A DNA stretch of 64,000 nucleotides, from assembly GCA_002269645.1 (NCBI GenBank), contig NIVC01000195.1:310001-374000 (forward strand), in the 5' to 3' direction. Under the pieces are notes generated by a model. It had not been told where the DNA came from, made no database searches, and was given only the letters and a program-made list of their open reading frames with translations. Each line of letters begins with the position of its first letter. Within the stretch, counting starts at the first letter, position 1. This document shows, piece after piece, positions 10,115-21,893 of the stretch. Made by a program: the position numbers and the translations under genes. Source of the DNA: Macrostomum lignano. Its lineage: Eukaryota.

Positions 10115-10428
10115 TGCTTTTACCCTCAAGCATAAGGTTTACAGTAGAGAGATTGCTTTTACCCTCAAGCATAAGGTTTACTGTAGAGAAATTGCTTTTA
10201 CCCTCAAGCATAAGGTTTACAGTAGAGAAATTGCTTTTTACCCTCAAGCATAAGGTTTACAGTAGAGAAATTGCTTTTACCCTCAAGCATAAGGTTTACT
10301 GTAGAGAAATTGCTTTTACCCTCAAGCATAAGGTTTACAGTAGATAAATTGCTTTTTACCCTCAAGCATAAGGTTTACAGTAGAGAAATTGCTTTTACCC
10401 TCAAGCATAAGGTTTACTGTAGAGAAAA
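10115..10428. repeat. 39-bp tandem array (8 copies) inside Gypsy-2
   Basis: Unit TTGCTTTTACCCTCAAGCATAAGGTTTACAGTAGAGAAA. Confidence 0.95.
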
Positions 10429-10572
10429 TTTGAAATAACCTTCAGCACATTAGCGGGTGCAGAGAAGGTTTTACAGCGGCAGGGAAAATTAACGCATTCG
10501 CAAAACGTGACTATTGACAGTAGTGCGCAGAGTAAAATTCGCAGAAAAGGCGCACACGGAGAAATTTCGCGG

Positions 10573-13500
10573 TTAATTACCTTGAATTTCGACCTCCATT
10601 CCAATGTCTGGCAGGTCCGGATCGTCTTCTTCTAGCACTTCGGGATGGCGTAGGCTCGGTTCAAAGAGTTGGCTGCCTCGCAGATCGGGCTGGGCTGCGG
10701 CCTGCGGCTCTGATGCGGGCTGATTAACTGAATCCGTTTCGCTTTCCTCGCTGGACTCGTAGGGCAACATCGGCCGCTCAGTTTGTTGCGGCGGCTCCTG
10801 CGGTCGTTCAGCCATTGTTCGCGGCACTTTGATGATATTGTTCCGGTGTACAAGCACCTCAGCTGGGCGTCCTCGTCGTGCTGTGGCAGGTCTGATCCAA
10901 TAGGCAACTTCGCCGACTTTCTTCACAACTTTATACATGCTCTTATACGGCCGGTGAAACTTGGGCAACTCTCCCAGCTCGAGCTTCGGGTTGGCCAGGC
11001 AGACCAGATCTCCGGGCTGCAGTTCCACAGGTTTTGGCCGGTTCTCATAGTACTCTTCTCGGCGTTGGATTTCTGCTCTCAGTCGCTGTCTCACAATACG
11101 TTCAGTTTCGGCCAGTCTACGCTGATGTTTGGCAATGTACTCCGGGAGGTCAGCTGATATGTCCAGGCGGTCCAGGGTGTTGTCGATAGGATATCGATAG
11201 GGCACTCCATAAACGACATAGTGCGGCGAGAACCCGGTAGTACGATTGACGGCAGATCTTAGTGCAGTCAAAGCGGCTGGCAGCATCTTGTCCCACTGTT
11301 GATGATCTTCTAGGAGACAGGTGAGCACTTTCTTAATATTTTTATTGCACGATTCAGCTTGTCCGTTTGCCCAGGGCGAGTATGGCGGCTTCGTTGTCTG
11401 CCTGATGCCGTAGACTTCGCAGAAGTGTCGGAACTCATGCCCTGTAAACTGCTTGCCTTGATCCGAATGAATCCAAGCGGGGATTCCGGTGATCGGAAAG
11501 ACTTGCTCTTGCAGGAGCGTGATTATCGTCTTAGCGCGCTGGTTCTTCATGGCGAAAGCGAATGGGTACTTCGACGTGGTGTCGACGTAGGTTAAGATGT
11601 ACTTATTTCCTCGATCTGTCGGATCTCCAGTGGGGCCCAAAATGTCGATAGCACATCGCCCATAGATTTCGCAGACCGGAAACGACTGTACATGCGCCGG
11701 GATTCGTCGCCGTCCTTTGCTTAAGGTGCAGGTCTGGCAGGAAGCGACGTAGTCGGACACTGCTTTGGCCAGAGCAGGTCGCCAGAAACGTTCGCGCACT
11801 TTAGCAATGGTGAGGTCTCGGCCCATGTGTCCGCAGTAGGGCGAACCATGCAGGTCGGCGAACACGGTGGCATCGAGACTCCTCGGCAGGACGATTCGCG
11901 CTTTGTCCTCTTCTCCGACATCGTCGAGATGTATAACTAATAGTCCATCGTCTCGGACTTCTAATTGCTCATAAAACGCTAACAGATTTCGCTCGTCTCT
12001 CGTCATGTTCAGACGTTGGTTCAGCGGCGGCTTCGGTTGTCGGGTTTCCAATAGATTGATCACCATGGCGATGGCAGAGTCAGCACGCTGATGGGTCTGG
12101 AGCTCCTCGCGAGTGACTGGCCTCGGGATGTGATCTGTTAGATTCAGAGTACGGCGTCTGTCTGTAGGATTTGCTGGCGCGGCATCGGCTGTGGCGGCAT
12201 GGTTCGGGGTCGGGAGCTCCCTACGCATAGTCGCTACTTGGACCGGTGGCCGGGCTGTTGCTGTATTTGAAGGCCGATCCGTGTCGGTGGCTTCGGCGTC
12301 ACTGTCGTTAGAATTTGAATCGTCAGCAGATAATGATGAGTCAGCGGAGCTGTCGGCGTCGCTGCTGAATCTCACCTTCTTGAACTTAGGGCAGCGAGCG
12401 GGTTGGCAGCGGTCATCTCTGGCTGCACTGTGGTCGCTGTCCTCGTCACCTTCAGCTAGTAGTCGGCGGCTCCTCGTGGGGCAACATGTCGAACTGCTAA
12501 AGCTGGTGGGCGACCTCTGTGAGTCCCGGCAACGACTGGCAGATGGCCTCGACTTCGTCGCCGGCGGAAGCAGCTCTGTCAGCGGCTTGCTGTCGGCTGT
12601 CGGTGTTGCGGGCGGCGTAGTCTCGCCGTTGGACTCAGTTGATTTCGTCGGCGGCTTTCGTCGGTGACGGCGGGTCGGTCGCTTCTTGCTCGGTAGAGGA
12701 CTAGGGTGGCTGCTGTCGTGGACCTTCGGCGCCGCTGCGCCAGTTATCGCGGCTGGCTGCTTACTTTGGTCCCCGTCGGCTGCCTCGCGCTGAGCCTCCT
12801 CCAAGCATTCGGCGTCGTCCTCAGGCCGTCTAGAGAGGCCGTCGGCGTTCTGATGCTGACTTGACTTCCTGTGTTGAATCTCGAACTCGAATTCGCTCAG
12901 GCGTTGTAGCCATCTTCCAAAGATTCCTATTTGTTGAGTTCGCCTTAAGATCCAGGTTAATGCGGCATGATCGGTTCGGCAGATGAACTTCTTGGCCAGC
13001 AGGTAGAAGCGGAAATGTCGCATTCCGTCTACGACTGCAACAGTTCCTGCTTCGTAATCGGATAGCGGGCTTCGGCTGGCTTGAGTCGCCGGGAGAAGTA
13101 GCCAATTGGGCGCTCGATTCCATCAGCTTGGCGTTGGCTCAGGCAGGCTCCGATCCTGGTCGCAGAAGCATCCGTGTCCAAGATAAACATTACTTCAGGA
13201 TCCTCGCTGAACTGCGGATACGCGAGCACTGATGTCGAAGTCATAGCTGCCTTGAGCTGGTCGAACGCGTCTTGCTGGGCTTTTCCCCATAGACAATTGA
13301 AATTCCGAATTTTCTTTTCTTTGATCAAATCATGGAGCGGAGCTGCAAGTTCTGCGTAGCCGGGTACGAATTTAGCATAATAAGCGCACGTGCAGACAAA
13401 GCTTTTAAGTTGCCGGGCTGTTCTTGGTCTTGGCCAGGTTTGGATTGCTTCAATTTTCGCCGGATCGGTCTTGATGCCGTCCTTAGTTACTAGGTGTCCC

Positions 13501-15164
13501 AAATAATTTAGACTTTCCCGAAATAAATGGCACTTCTTGCCTTTGAACTTTAAGTTGGCGTCTTGCACTCGTTTGAAAACCTCTTCCATATGTTGAAGAT
13601 GGTCGTTGAACTTCTTGGAGTAGACGATGACATCATCTAAGTAGGCAATTGCACTTTTGTAGGCTATCCCGTTGAGCACAGCATTCATAAGTCTCATGAA
13701 GCTGGCTGGAGCTGAGCTAAGTCCCATAGGCATAACATTGTAGGCGAATTGTCCGCGGTGCAGCGTAGCGAATGCAGTCAGATCTTGATCTTCTGGACGC
13801 AGAGGAATCTGATAGTAGCCGCTATTTAAATCGAATGTACTAAACAGCTGGCTTCCTTCGAGACTGGCGAACGCTTCTTGAATATTAGGAATCGGGTACG
13901 GAAAGTACTCACATTTCTGATTCAAACTTCGAAAGTCTTGTACAATCCTCAGGCTGCCGTCCTTCTTCGGGATGATCACCAGCGGGGTGTTGTAGCTGGA
14001 AAAGCTTGGTCTGATCACACCTTTGGCAAGAAGATCGTCTAGCAGCTGATCCACCTTCGGTAACAGATGTGGCGGAATCCTTCGCGTCGGCAGGTGTACC
14101 GGATCCTTGTCCTTTAGTACGATGTTATGGGTGACCAGATGAGTTCGGCCGAGATCGTGTGGCCCCTGGGAAAAGATGTTCTTGTACTTCTTTAGCAGCT
14201 CGATGACTTGAGCGCGCTGGTCACTGGACAGGTCCTCGCCGATATCGATCTCCTTGATCCAAGCGTCCGGATCTTCGTCTTGGATTTGCTTGACGGAGTC
14301 TTCTGACTTCAGTAGCGGGAAGAACTGTAGCTCGGGCAGTCTGATTGGTCTTGCTATCCCGACTAGGGCGTTCGCTCGCACTTTGATGGCTGTAGTGCCT
14401 CGATTGATCATCTCTATTGCGCCTTCTCCATTCGCCATTGATATCAGGGCAGGCGCGGCGTCCAGATGCTGCACATCGTCTTCGCGCCGAGCCGGTTTCA
14501 GCGGCTCGATCACAGCGGGTGTCCCTTGGTTTTCCTCACGTCCTTTTGCTAATTTGATTTTAATTCGGGCTGAAGATAATGGTGGCACAGTAGTGCTCTC
14601 GGCGGTATAAATTCTGCACGTGGTAGCTTCAGTTCGCGTGTAGCGAAGCGGTGCGGCAGTGCCGTCCTTGAAGAACAGCATCCCGGCGGCGAGATCTAGT
14701 GAGGTGCTATACTTCTCTAGAAACTCGAAGCCTAGGATGTTGTCGTGAGATCCCTTTGCTAGCAGAAACTTAACTGTCGGCTCAAAACTTCCGATTTTAA
14801 CTTTGATAGTTAATTGGCCTGCCATCTGAATTGGTTCTCCGTTGTAGGTCACGATGCGTTGCTGGCAGGGCTCGATTTGGCCACGCAGGGTTGGGTCATC
14901 AGTACATAAACGGTGCCAGGTGCTGAATCCTAAGACTTCGCACTTGGAGCCAGTGTCTAGAAGAAAAGCAAAATAGCGGCCCTGAATCTCACCAGTTAGA
15001 AATGGATCCCTTCGAGGTCGCTTGGGTGCAGAGTTCTGTACAGGTGCGGAGGCGGTCTCAGCAGTGGCCTGCTGAGCGACTAAAGTCCTCGGCGGGGACT
15101 TCAGTGCTGGCTCGGCTGCTGGATGGCGCTGCCCCCGATGGCGCGTCCAGCCGTCGCGTTTCCC
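10573..15164 (-). CDS. Gypsy-2 pol polyprotein (protease, RT, RNase H, long linker, integrase), one 1-nt frameshift at ~13038
   Basis: FLLDTGS; YLDD; ILDTDAS; TDHAAL; H-x5-GH...C-x2-C; AIDILG, HSDQG, GQAESCN. Adding one G restores QELLAVVDGMRHF across ORFs 13029-15251 and 10573-13023. Confidence 0.93.
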
Positions 15165-16498
15165 GAGCTGCCGTTGCGCTGGGACGCGTTGCTGGCCGAC
15201 CGTCGGTGCGGGCACTCGTCGGCGCGGTGCTCGCGGTTGCACCTGTAACACATTGCACTCTGCCGCCGCAACTGATAAGGCGGCTGGCGCGAACTCGACT
15301 GTTGCTGCGGCTGCTGCTGCAGCTGTCGACGTTGACCTCCTGCTGGCGGCGTTCTCGGCGGCGGGTTGCTACCGTCGCGGGGTTGCTGAAGTCGATGGAA
15401 CTGTTGATGCTGCACATGGCGTGTGCCGGGTGTCGTAAATTGTGCGCTTCCGTCGGCGCTGCGGCGAGGAGTCGGAGGTACCAAACATCTGGAGCGTTGG
15501 CCCCACGAGTCCCGCGGCTGATGGCGAGCTGGTTCCCATGGCTCCGGGGTGTCGTTGTCGCGCGATCCCCGCGAGTAGAACTCTCGCATTTCGTTGCTTA
15601 ATGTTTCCAGAATTCGTCGCTGCTCTTGCAGACTCTCGGTTTGTTGTTCCATCACTGCGCGCAACCAGTTTTCCTCGGGTCGAGATGACTTGGCGTCGTG
15701 TTGCGCCACAGTGGGCGTCTGACTGTCGTCATTCTCGAGAACTCGTACATGTCTCGCTGCTGGCGGCGGTGCTACTCGCTGAGCCAGGCTAGCTGCTGTC
15801 TCCAGGCGTAGCACAGCCCTTCTCGCGGCGGTCAGATTCTGCGGTCTCACCAGGATTAGCTGTTCTCGGGCCGACTGGGCGATTCGCACTCCTACCGTGA
15901 ACTGGTCCACCAGCTCAGCTTGCTTTTGCACCGGAGTAAAGTGCGGGAACGCTTTGTCGGCCAGAGCAATAAGTCGATCACCGTAATCGTCAACGCTCTC
16001 GTTCTTGCCTTGCTGGCAGCTTCGGAATTGCTCGCGATACTCCAGCGTGTCGGCCACGTGCGTAAAACGTTCAGACAAACGCTGTTTAAACTCACCAAAC
16101 GTTAGGTTGTCTGGCAGCTCCATCCTGACGACTGCGGGATAGGTTGTGGCGATGTCCAAATTCACAAGGACCTCCGCCTTCTTATGTCTGTCGTCTGTGA
16201 TCCCGTTGAGCTCGCATCGCTCCTCCAGGGCCTGGATCCAGACGTCAAATTCCTGGTTCTGAGTGTACCGTTGAATCTTAACCGGTTTTGGCGCTGGAGC
16301 TCGATCCTGCTGCTGGGGCTGCTGGTACACGTGGTGATGGTGTTGCGGCTGGCCCAGGCTGGTCTGCTCCAAGCGTCGGCGCACCTCGTCGGTCACCGCG
16401 CGAATCATCTCGTCGTAGGTCGGTCTGGTCGCTGAATTGTCTGGGCCCGCGGCGTCGGCTGTCGCGTCCGCGGCCGTTGAATTAGTTGCTGAAGCCAT
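15101..16498 (-). CDS. Gypsy-2 gag (465 aa)
   Basis: First ATG after the PBS (MASATNS). Retrotransposon-gag-like helical core, Q-rich segments, C-terminal CYRCNREHRADEC (C-x2-C-x3-H-x4-C) knuckle. Confidence 0.88.
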   Translation of the reverse strand: MASATNSTAADATADAAGPDNSATRPTYDEMIRAVTDEVRRRLEQTSLGQPQHHHHVYQQPQQQDRAPAPKPVKIQRYTQNQEFDVWIQALEERCELNGITDDRHKKAEVLVNLDIATTYPAVVRMELPDNLTFGEFKQRLSERFTHVADTLEYREQFRSCQQGKNESVDDYGDRLIALADKAFPHFTPVQKQAELVDQFTVGVRIAQSAREQLILVRPQNLTAARRAVLRLETAASLAQRVAPPPAARHVRVLENDDSQTPTVAQHDAKSSRPEENWLRAVMEQQTESLQEQRRILETLSNEMREFYSRGSRDNDTPEPWEPARHQPRDSWGQRSRCLVPPTPRRSADGSAQFTTPGTRHVQHQQFHRLQQPRDGSNPPPRTPPAGGQRRQLQQQPQQQSSSRQPPYQLRRQSAMCYRCNREHRADECPHRRSASNASQRNGSSGNATAGRAIGGSAIQQPSQH

Positions 16499-16534
16499 AG
16501 CGTTGTAGTTTCTGAACGACTCGTCGAATGGATT

Positions 16535-16567
16535 GTGGTGTTTCGAAATCCCACTTAGCTGACACCA
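16535..16567 (-). promoter_or_regulatory. Primer-binding site, tRNA-Leu-like
   Basis: Minus strand TGGTGTCAGCTAAGTGGGATT, 1 nt after the 5' LTR. Resembles the complement of the eukaryotic tRNA-Leu 3' end (TGGTGTCAGAAGTGGGATT) with a 2-nt insertion. Confidence 0.8.
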
Positions 16568-16568
16568 A

Positions 16569-17659
16569 TGAGGTGGGGCGGAGAAAGGTTTATAACAAGA
16601 AATTTTTCGAAAGTTGGTCGTTTGAAAAGCTGGGTTTCCTCGAAACCGAACGGCGTTGAGTTCGCACGAATTGAATCCGGAAAAATCCGTGTGGCCGAAT
16701 CCCAATAGAATGTCTCGTAGATACTCCGACTGCCGGGGTCCTCAATCCCGGGGGGAGGGTAGTTTAGTCGTAGACGAGCGGTCTTCGTTGGCGCGAGCGT
16801 TCAGAACGGGTCCTCAGACACCGAATTTATCGTATCTCGTATGTTTGACTTAACTGGTTACTAACAGTAGAGTAGCGCTGCCACCACCGTAATTCGCGTA
16901 TTACGGAACGTTGGAGTCTCAGAACTTGCTTCGAGATGAGACTGGGTTGTTTTACGCCCCACGGGCAAATGACTCAAAATAAGCTAGGCTTCAGGCTATT
17001 AATAAAAATTAACGTAAAATCGACTGTTTTATTAGTTCGTAAAAATTCAGGTAGTAAAAGTATAAGGGACCGAACCCTACTCCGGCGGATGATTTGCCGG
17101 TGCCGCGGTGCACGACTGAATAAAACGGCTTACGCTAGTTGTAGTTAGATTGGGCGAATTAAATATTAGTTGTTAAATTGAATAGGGAGAGAGAGCGAGG
17201 GTGGGCACAAAACTTAAAGAAGAACCTAAACCAAACTAAAAACCAAACTAAACCTAACAAAACACAACACACAACTAAAAATTGGGCAGCACTAGGGCAC
17301 CATTAAATAGAGAAAAGGAGCGCAAAAGATGGACAAATGGGGTCAAACATTGGTGGCAAAAGGTGGTCACGGGGTCCAAGCATCGAACAAACAAAAAAGA
17401 CACGGAAAGATAGGGAGTTAAACAAAATTTCCAAAAGAGGGACGCAGAGGACCAGAAAAAGGAGTGGGAAGACCAACGCAAGAACGGGGAGACTGACGAA
17501 ATAAGCCAACGACTGGGGGCACAGGGTGGACACAGAGGACCAAAAACTGGGGACAGCGGGAATGGGTCAAAAGGTGGTTTAATAAGTCACGTAGAATAAA
17601 TTTAGAAATTAAAATATTCAAGTTCGCGAAATTGTTAGTGGCAGCCCCCAACTGCCACA
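16569..17659 (-). repeat. 5' LTR of Gypsy-2 (1091 bp)
   Basis: Matches the 3' LTR except one extra G in the G-run at ~16750 and one substitution (17628 G vs 8267 T). Confidence 0.97.
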
Positions 17660-18193
17660 GTAGCTTTTCAATAAAAAAATTCGAAATTCATGCACGTCGA
17701 GTCATAACCCAACCCCCTACAACAAATCCCAAATGGATCCTAGGAATGATCGGGTTTTGATTGATTGACAGAAGTCACTCTGTTTTGCTGATCATTGGGT
17801 TCTTTAAAAATGAAGAGAGACAGCCACTGCGAGGAAAGCTGACAGCTGGCTGTTCAGAGTGATGTATGGTTAAATTGTCATAAAACTGGTTCAGCCTTGA
17901 AAAAGAAGCTAAGCTAAGCAATAGAAGTTCATATTGCAACTAGGCAAGTGGCCCATGGCTCGTTCATCGAAAATGATTCATTTTAAAATGTGTTATTCAC
18001 TAAAATTTATTTATAAAACTTAATATTTTTTTACTTTATTATTAGGTTTATAGGTACTATACTATTTTAAATTTGTATTCTAGATTTTAATTGCCATAGG
18101 CCTAACAACTTTTGAGCCTTTTTTCTTGTTCTATAAACCTAAGAATCTAATAAATTCTTTTTTACAAAGTATATAATGTAGGCTTATACAAAG

Positions 18194-18895
18194 GGTACCT
18201 GTCCATTTTGGCGACACCCATTTCGGTGACAAGTCAATTTGGCGACAACCATTTTGGCCACAAATATGATAGAAAAATTACAAGTATCTATGGTACAATG
18301 AACTACCCCCCAGCTGACATGACCCCCCCATTTGGGAAACAAGGCCAGCAGTGCGTGCAAGGCAGGAGGCCTTTCTTCCACCTCTGGGCAGAGTACAAAG
18401 CTGGCACCATAACTCTTGAGGCATTGCTGCTTGCACGCAGTGGCATGAATGCCCCCGTGGAAGAGTAAACATTGTACAAGAATTGTAATTTGAATGGACT
18501 AATGTTTAAAGTCCTCTATAAGCTTTTTTCTCGTGTTTTCTTAAGAACATTAATTTCTTATTGTTATTCATTTGTTTTACCATACTTTTGGTGTCCAAGC
18601 GTCCATCAGTGTCCAGGTTTTATACTTTCAATGCATTGATTAATTTTTATATTTAAAAACAGTTTTAACATAGTTTTAACAAAGCTTGTAAAATTTAATG
18701 TAATTTTTTATATTATCATTTGTTTTAACAACATTTAAACAAAGGTTGTAAATTTGTGTAAGTTCTGAATTTTTTTGTTGCTATGAGATAAAAATACATG
18801 TACATTCAAAATCCTATTTAAGAATTGTTGCTAAATTGACCTGTCGCTAAAATAGGTTTTGCTGAAATGGTTTGTCGCCGAAATGGACCGGATTC
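18194..18895. mobile_element. Non-autonomous Mutator-like (MULE) DNA transposon, 702 bp
   Basis: Imperfect TIRs built of CCATTT(T/C)GGCGACA-like subrepeats. 8-bp TSD ATACAAAG (18186-18193, 18896-18903). Internal peptide LWAEYKAGTITLEALLLARS resembles MULE transposase C-termini. Confidence 0.7.
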
Positions 18896-21104
18896 ATACA
18901 AAGTATATAAGTGGATATCAATGCTATGGTCCTATGATCCTTGTATTTGTATAGAGTAACAATTATAAACTAAAAAAATATAGTACTTTTGCAAGTGCAC
19001 TGTAAAAAGACAATTATAAAAAGAGGTATTTTAAATAATTTTTCTTTGCTAAAAATAAGGAAAAAAAGCTTTTGAGTATAAAGTTTAATTTTTTTTCATT
19101 ACTCCATGTTCTCCATAGTCTAGATCATGGCAGGTGTATGCCAGAATCAAAATTCTTCTTTTTTAAAATTTATGCTAATGACATTTAATAATGTATTTAT
19201 TAAATTTTATAAATATTTTTTTTAGTTTCGAATCATTTTTAAAAGAGCTTTAACTGGTTGATAGGCCTATTAACTACACAATTACATTAGCCTTGACATG
19301 GCTAATTTTTGTATGCCAACTGTATATACTTCATGTTGAACCTAAAAATTCTATATGCCAAATGTTATCCAAGATTGTTACCGAAAGCAAAAATATACTA
19401 GAATTTTTTGGCATAAAGGCCACCTTCTGGACTATGGCATGTTCTATATTGATGGTATTGCATAGGCCTACAGAGTATTTTACATAAAGACAAAGTTACT
19501 TCAATTGATCCTAACATATATGCAAACATACCATAGATGCAAGCCAAAAATTTCCCCCTATGTTATGTGTGCTGGGATTTATGCTAATGTATGCTAAAAA
19601 ATGGCAAATACCCTTGTAAGTTGTATGCCAGGAAATCTTGGCATAAATGTTGCCTTCCAAACTAAGGATTTTAATAGGATTATTTAAAGCAAACATTGTT
19701 AAGCCTTCATTTTTTAACTTTTTTAAGACTTGCCTTTTTAATGTATTTTTCTAGATTATAATCATTTTTCTGATAAGATGTTCTGGTGATTGTTGTTTTG
19801 GTTATAAGAAAAAGACCCTTTTGGTTACAGCCATTGTGGTTTTATATAAAATTATCTTGCCAATCTTAAGTGATATAAAAACTAAAATTTGAGATGTTTG
19901 CTATAATAGTAAAATGTTGTTTTATTCAATTTTGTTTAGTTATTATTATAGAATTGCAATTTTTCCTATTTGTATTTTTCAAATTTAATGAATGTTTTTC
20001 TATTCTTTTCTCATTGGGTATTTCATAAATAGGATCCTCTATATTTATGTGTTTAAATATTCCAGTATAACCTATAAATTCAAAATAATCTGCATAAAAA
20101 CAAAACAATATAGCAGTTTGATTTTTTATATATATTATATTGATAATTTTTGGAAATGTAGAAAATATACTTAACAAAATAAGTAAAAAAATTAAATAAA
20201 TGAGCATTATTTATTTGTTATGCAACATGTTTTGCCTTGTGTGAGGCATTGTTAGGCTCTTAAAATTTAGTTATGATTTATGTGTTTATTTATTTATATT
20301 TAGCAATTTAGACAAAAATGGGTTGATAAAAGTCAGAAGATATATAAAAATTAACAGTAGATTGCACACTCTAGCAGAGCACTTATAGAATTGCAATGAA
20401 GATGGAGAGATTGTGCATATATATATGCACAAGTGTACACCTAGATTACTCTAAGAAGGGCACTGGCACCATGATTGGCGCAAGTTGCTTGTTTAGAATT
20501 GGTTTATGCGATTTTATATATAGAGCCTTAAGCACTTTTATAGCCATTATATATTATTTATTATAAAGCTTATTTTTATAATAAGATAATATCATTTAAG
20601 GTAATAATATGAGTATATTGCAAATTTGTATTAGGTACATGAAAGCTCTTTAGAGATTTCCAGGAGGGGCAAATTTTTTGGGTATTCAATGGCAAACAAA
20701 ATATTGTATAATAGTTTTGTGTTTTTGTATAAACATAATAGGAATATAATACATATATTATTATTATGTATATTCAATCAAGAAATAGTATAGATGACTT
20801 AGTTAATAGCCAATAAAGTTTAAAGTTAGACCTAGAAATCAAAATAGCAAGGAAATAGACAGTCAAATAGCTATATAGACTTCTATTTAAAATATTGTAT
20901 AAGCCAAAGTTCTTTAAGAAATTCATCATATAGTGTTGGGACTTTGTCATTTGATTGATCTCTTCATCTGCTATCATATTTTTATTTACTTTTCTCTAAA
21001 TATAGATTAATCTGGTTCTTTTTATATCTCTTTCTCCTTCTTGCTTAATTCTTATTGGCTTTTTAGCTTATCTCTTTCAATAATCATATATTCTACCTAT
21101 CCTT

Positions 21105-21893
21105 TTCTATGCCAAACTCATACTCTTCCCTTCCTTATCCATGCCAACTCATACTCTACCCCTCCTTATCTGTTCCCAACTCATACTCTTCCCTTCCTTA
21201 TCTGTGCCCAATTTATACTCTACCCCTCCTTATCTGTGCCCAACTTATACTCTACCCTTCCTTGTCTATGCCCAACTCATACTCTACCCCTCCTTATCTG
21301 TGCCCAACTTATACTCTTCCTTTCCTTGTCTATGCCCAACTCATACTCTACCCCTCCTTATCTGTGCCCAACTTATACTCTTCCCTTCCTTGTCTATGCC
21401 CAACTCATACTCTACCCCTCCTTATCTGTGCCCAACTTATACTCTTCCCTTCCTTGTCTATGCCCAACTCATACTTTACCCCTCCTTATCTGTGCCCAAC
21501 TTATACTCTACCCCTCCTTGTCTATGCCCAACTCATACTCTACCCCTCCTTATCTGTGCCCAACTTATACTCTACCCTTCCTTGTCTATGCCCAACTCAT
21601 ACTCTACCCCTCCTTATCTGTGCCCAACTTATACTCTTCCCTTCCTTATCTGTGCCCAATTTATACTCTACCCCTCCTTATCTGTGCCCAACTTATACTC
21701 TACCCTTCCTTGTCTATGCCCAACTCATACTCTACCCCTCCTTATCTGTGCCCAACTTATACTCTTCCCTTCCTTGTCTATGCCCAACTCATACTTTACC
21801 CCTCCTTATCTGTGCCCAACTTATACTCTACCCCTCCTTGTCTATGCCCAACTCATACTCTACCCCTCCTTATCTGTGCCCAACTCATACTCA
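21105..21893. repeat. 32-bp CT-rich minisatellite with alternating A/B units
   Basis: TCTATGCCCAACTCATACTCTACCCCTCCTTA alternating with TCTGTGCCCAACTTATACTC(T/A)(T/A)CCCTTCCTTG. Confidence 0.95.

Larger units (their letters stand above)
7209..17659 (-). mobile_element. Full-length Ty3/Gypsy LTR retrotransposon (Gypsy-2, 10.45 kb) with an extra ORF
   Basis: Two near-identical LTRs, GTAG TSD (7205-7208 and 17660-17663), PBS, gag, pol (PR-RT-RH-IN) and an additional 3' ORF. Confidence 0.97.

Noticed and set aside
20412-20431. Perfect 20-bp palindrome TGTGCATATATATATGCACA
   Set aside because: Built around a (TA)n core in AT-rich DNA; no associated element boundaries.
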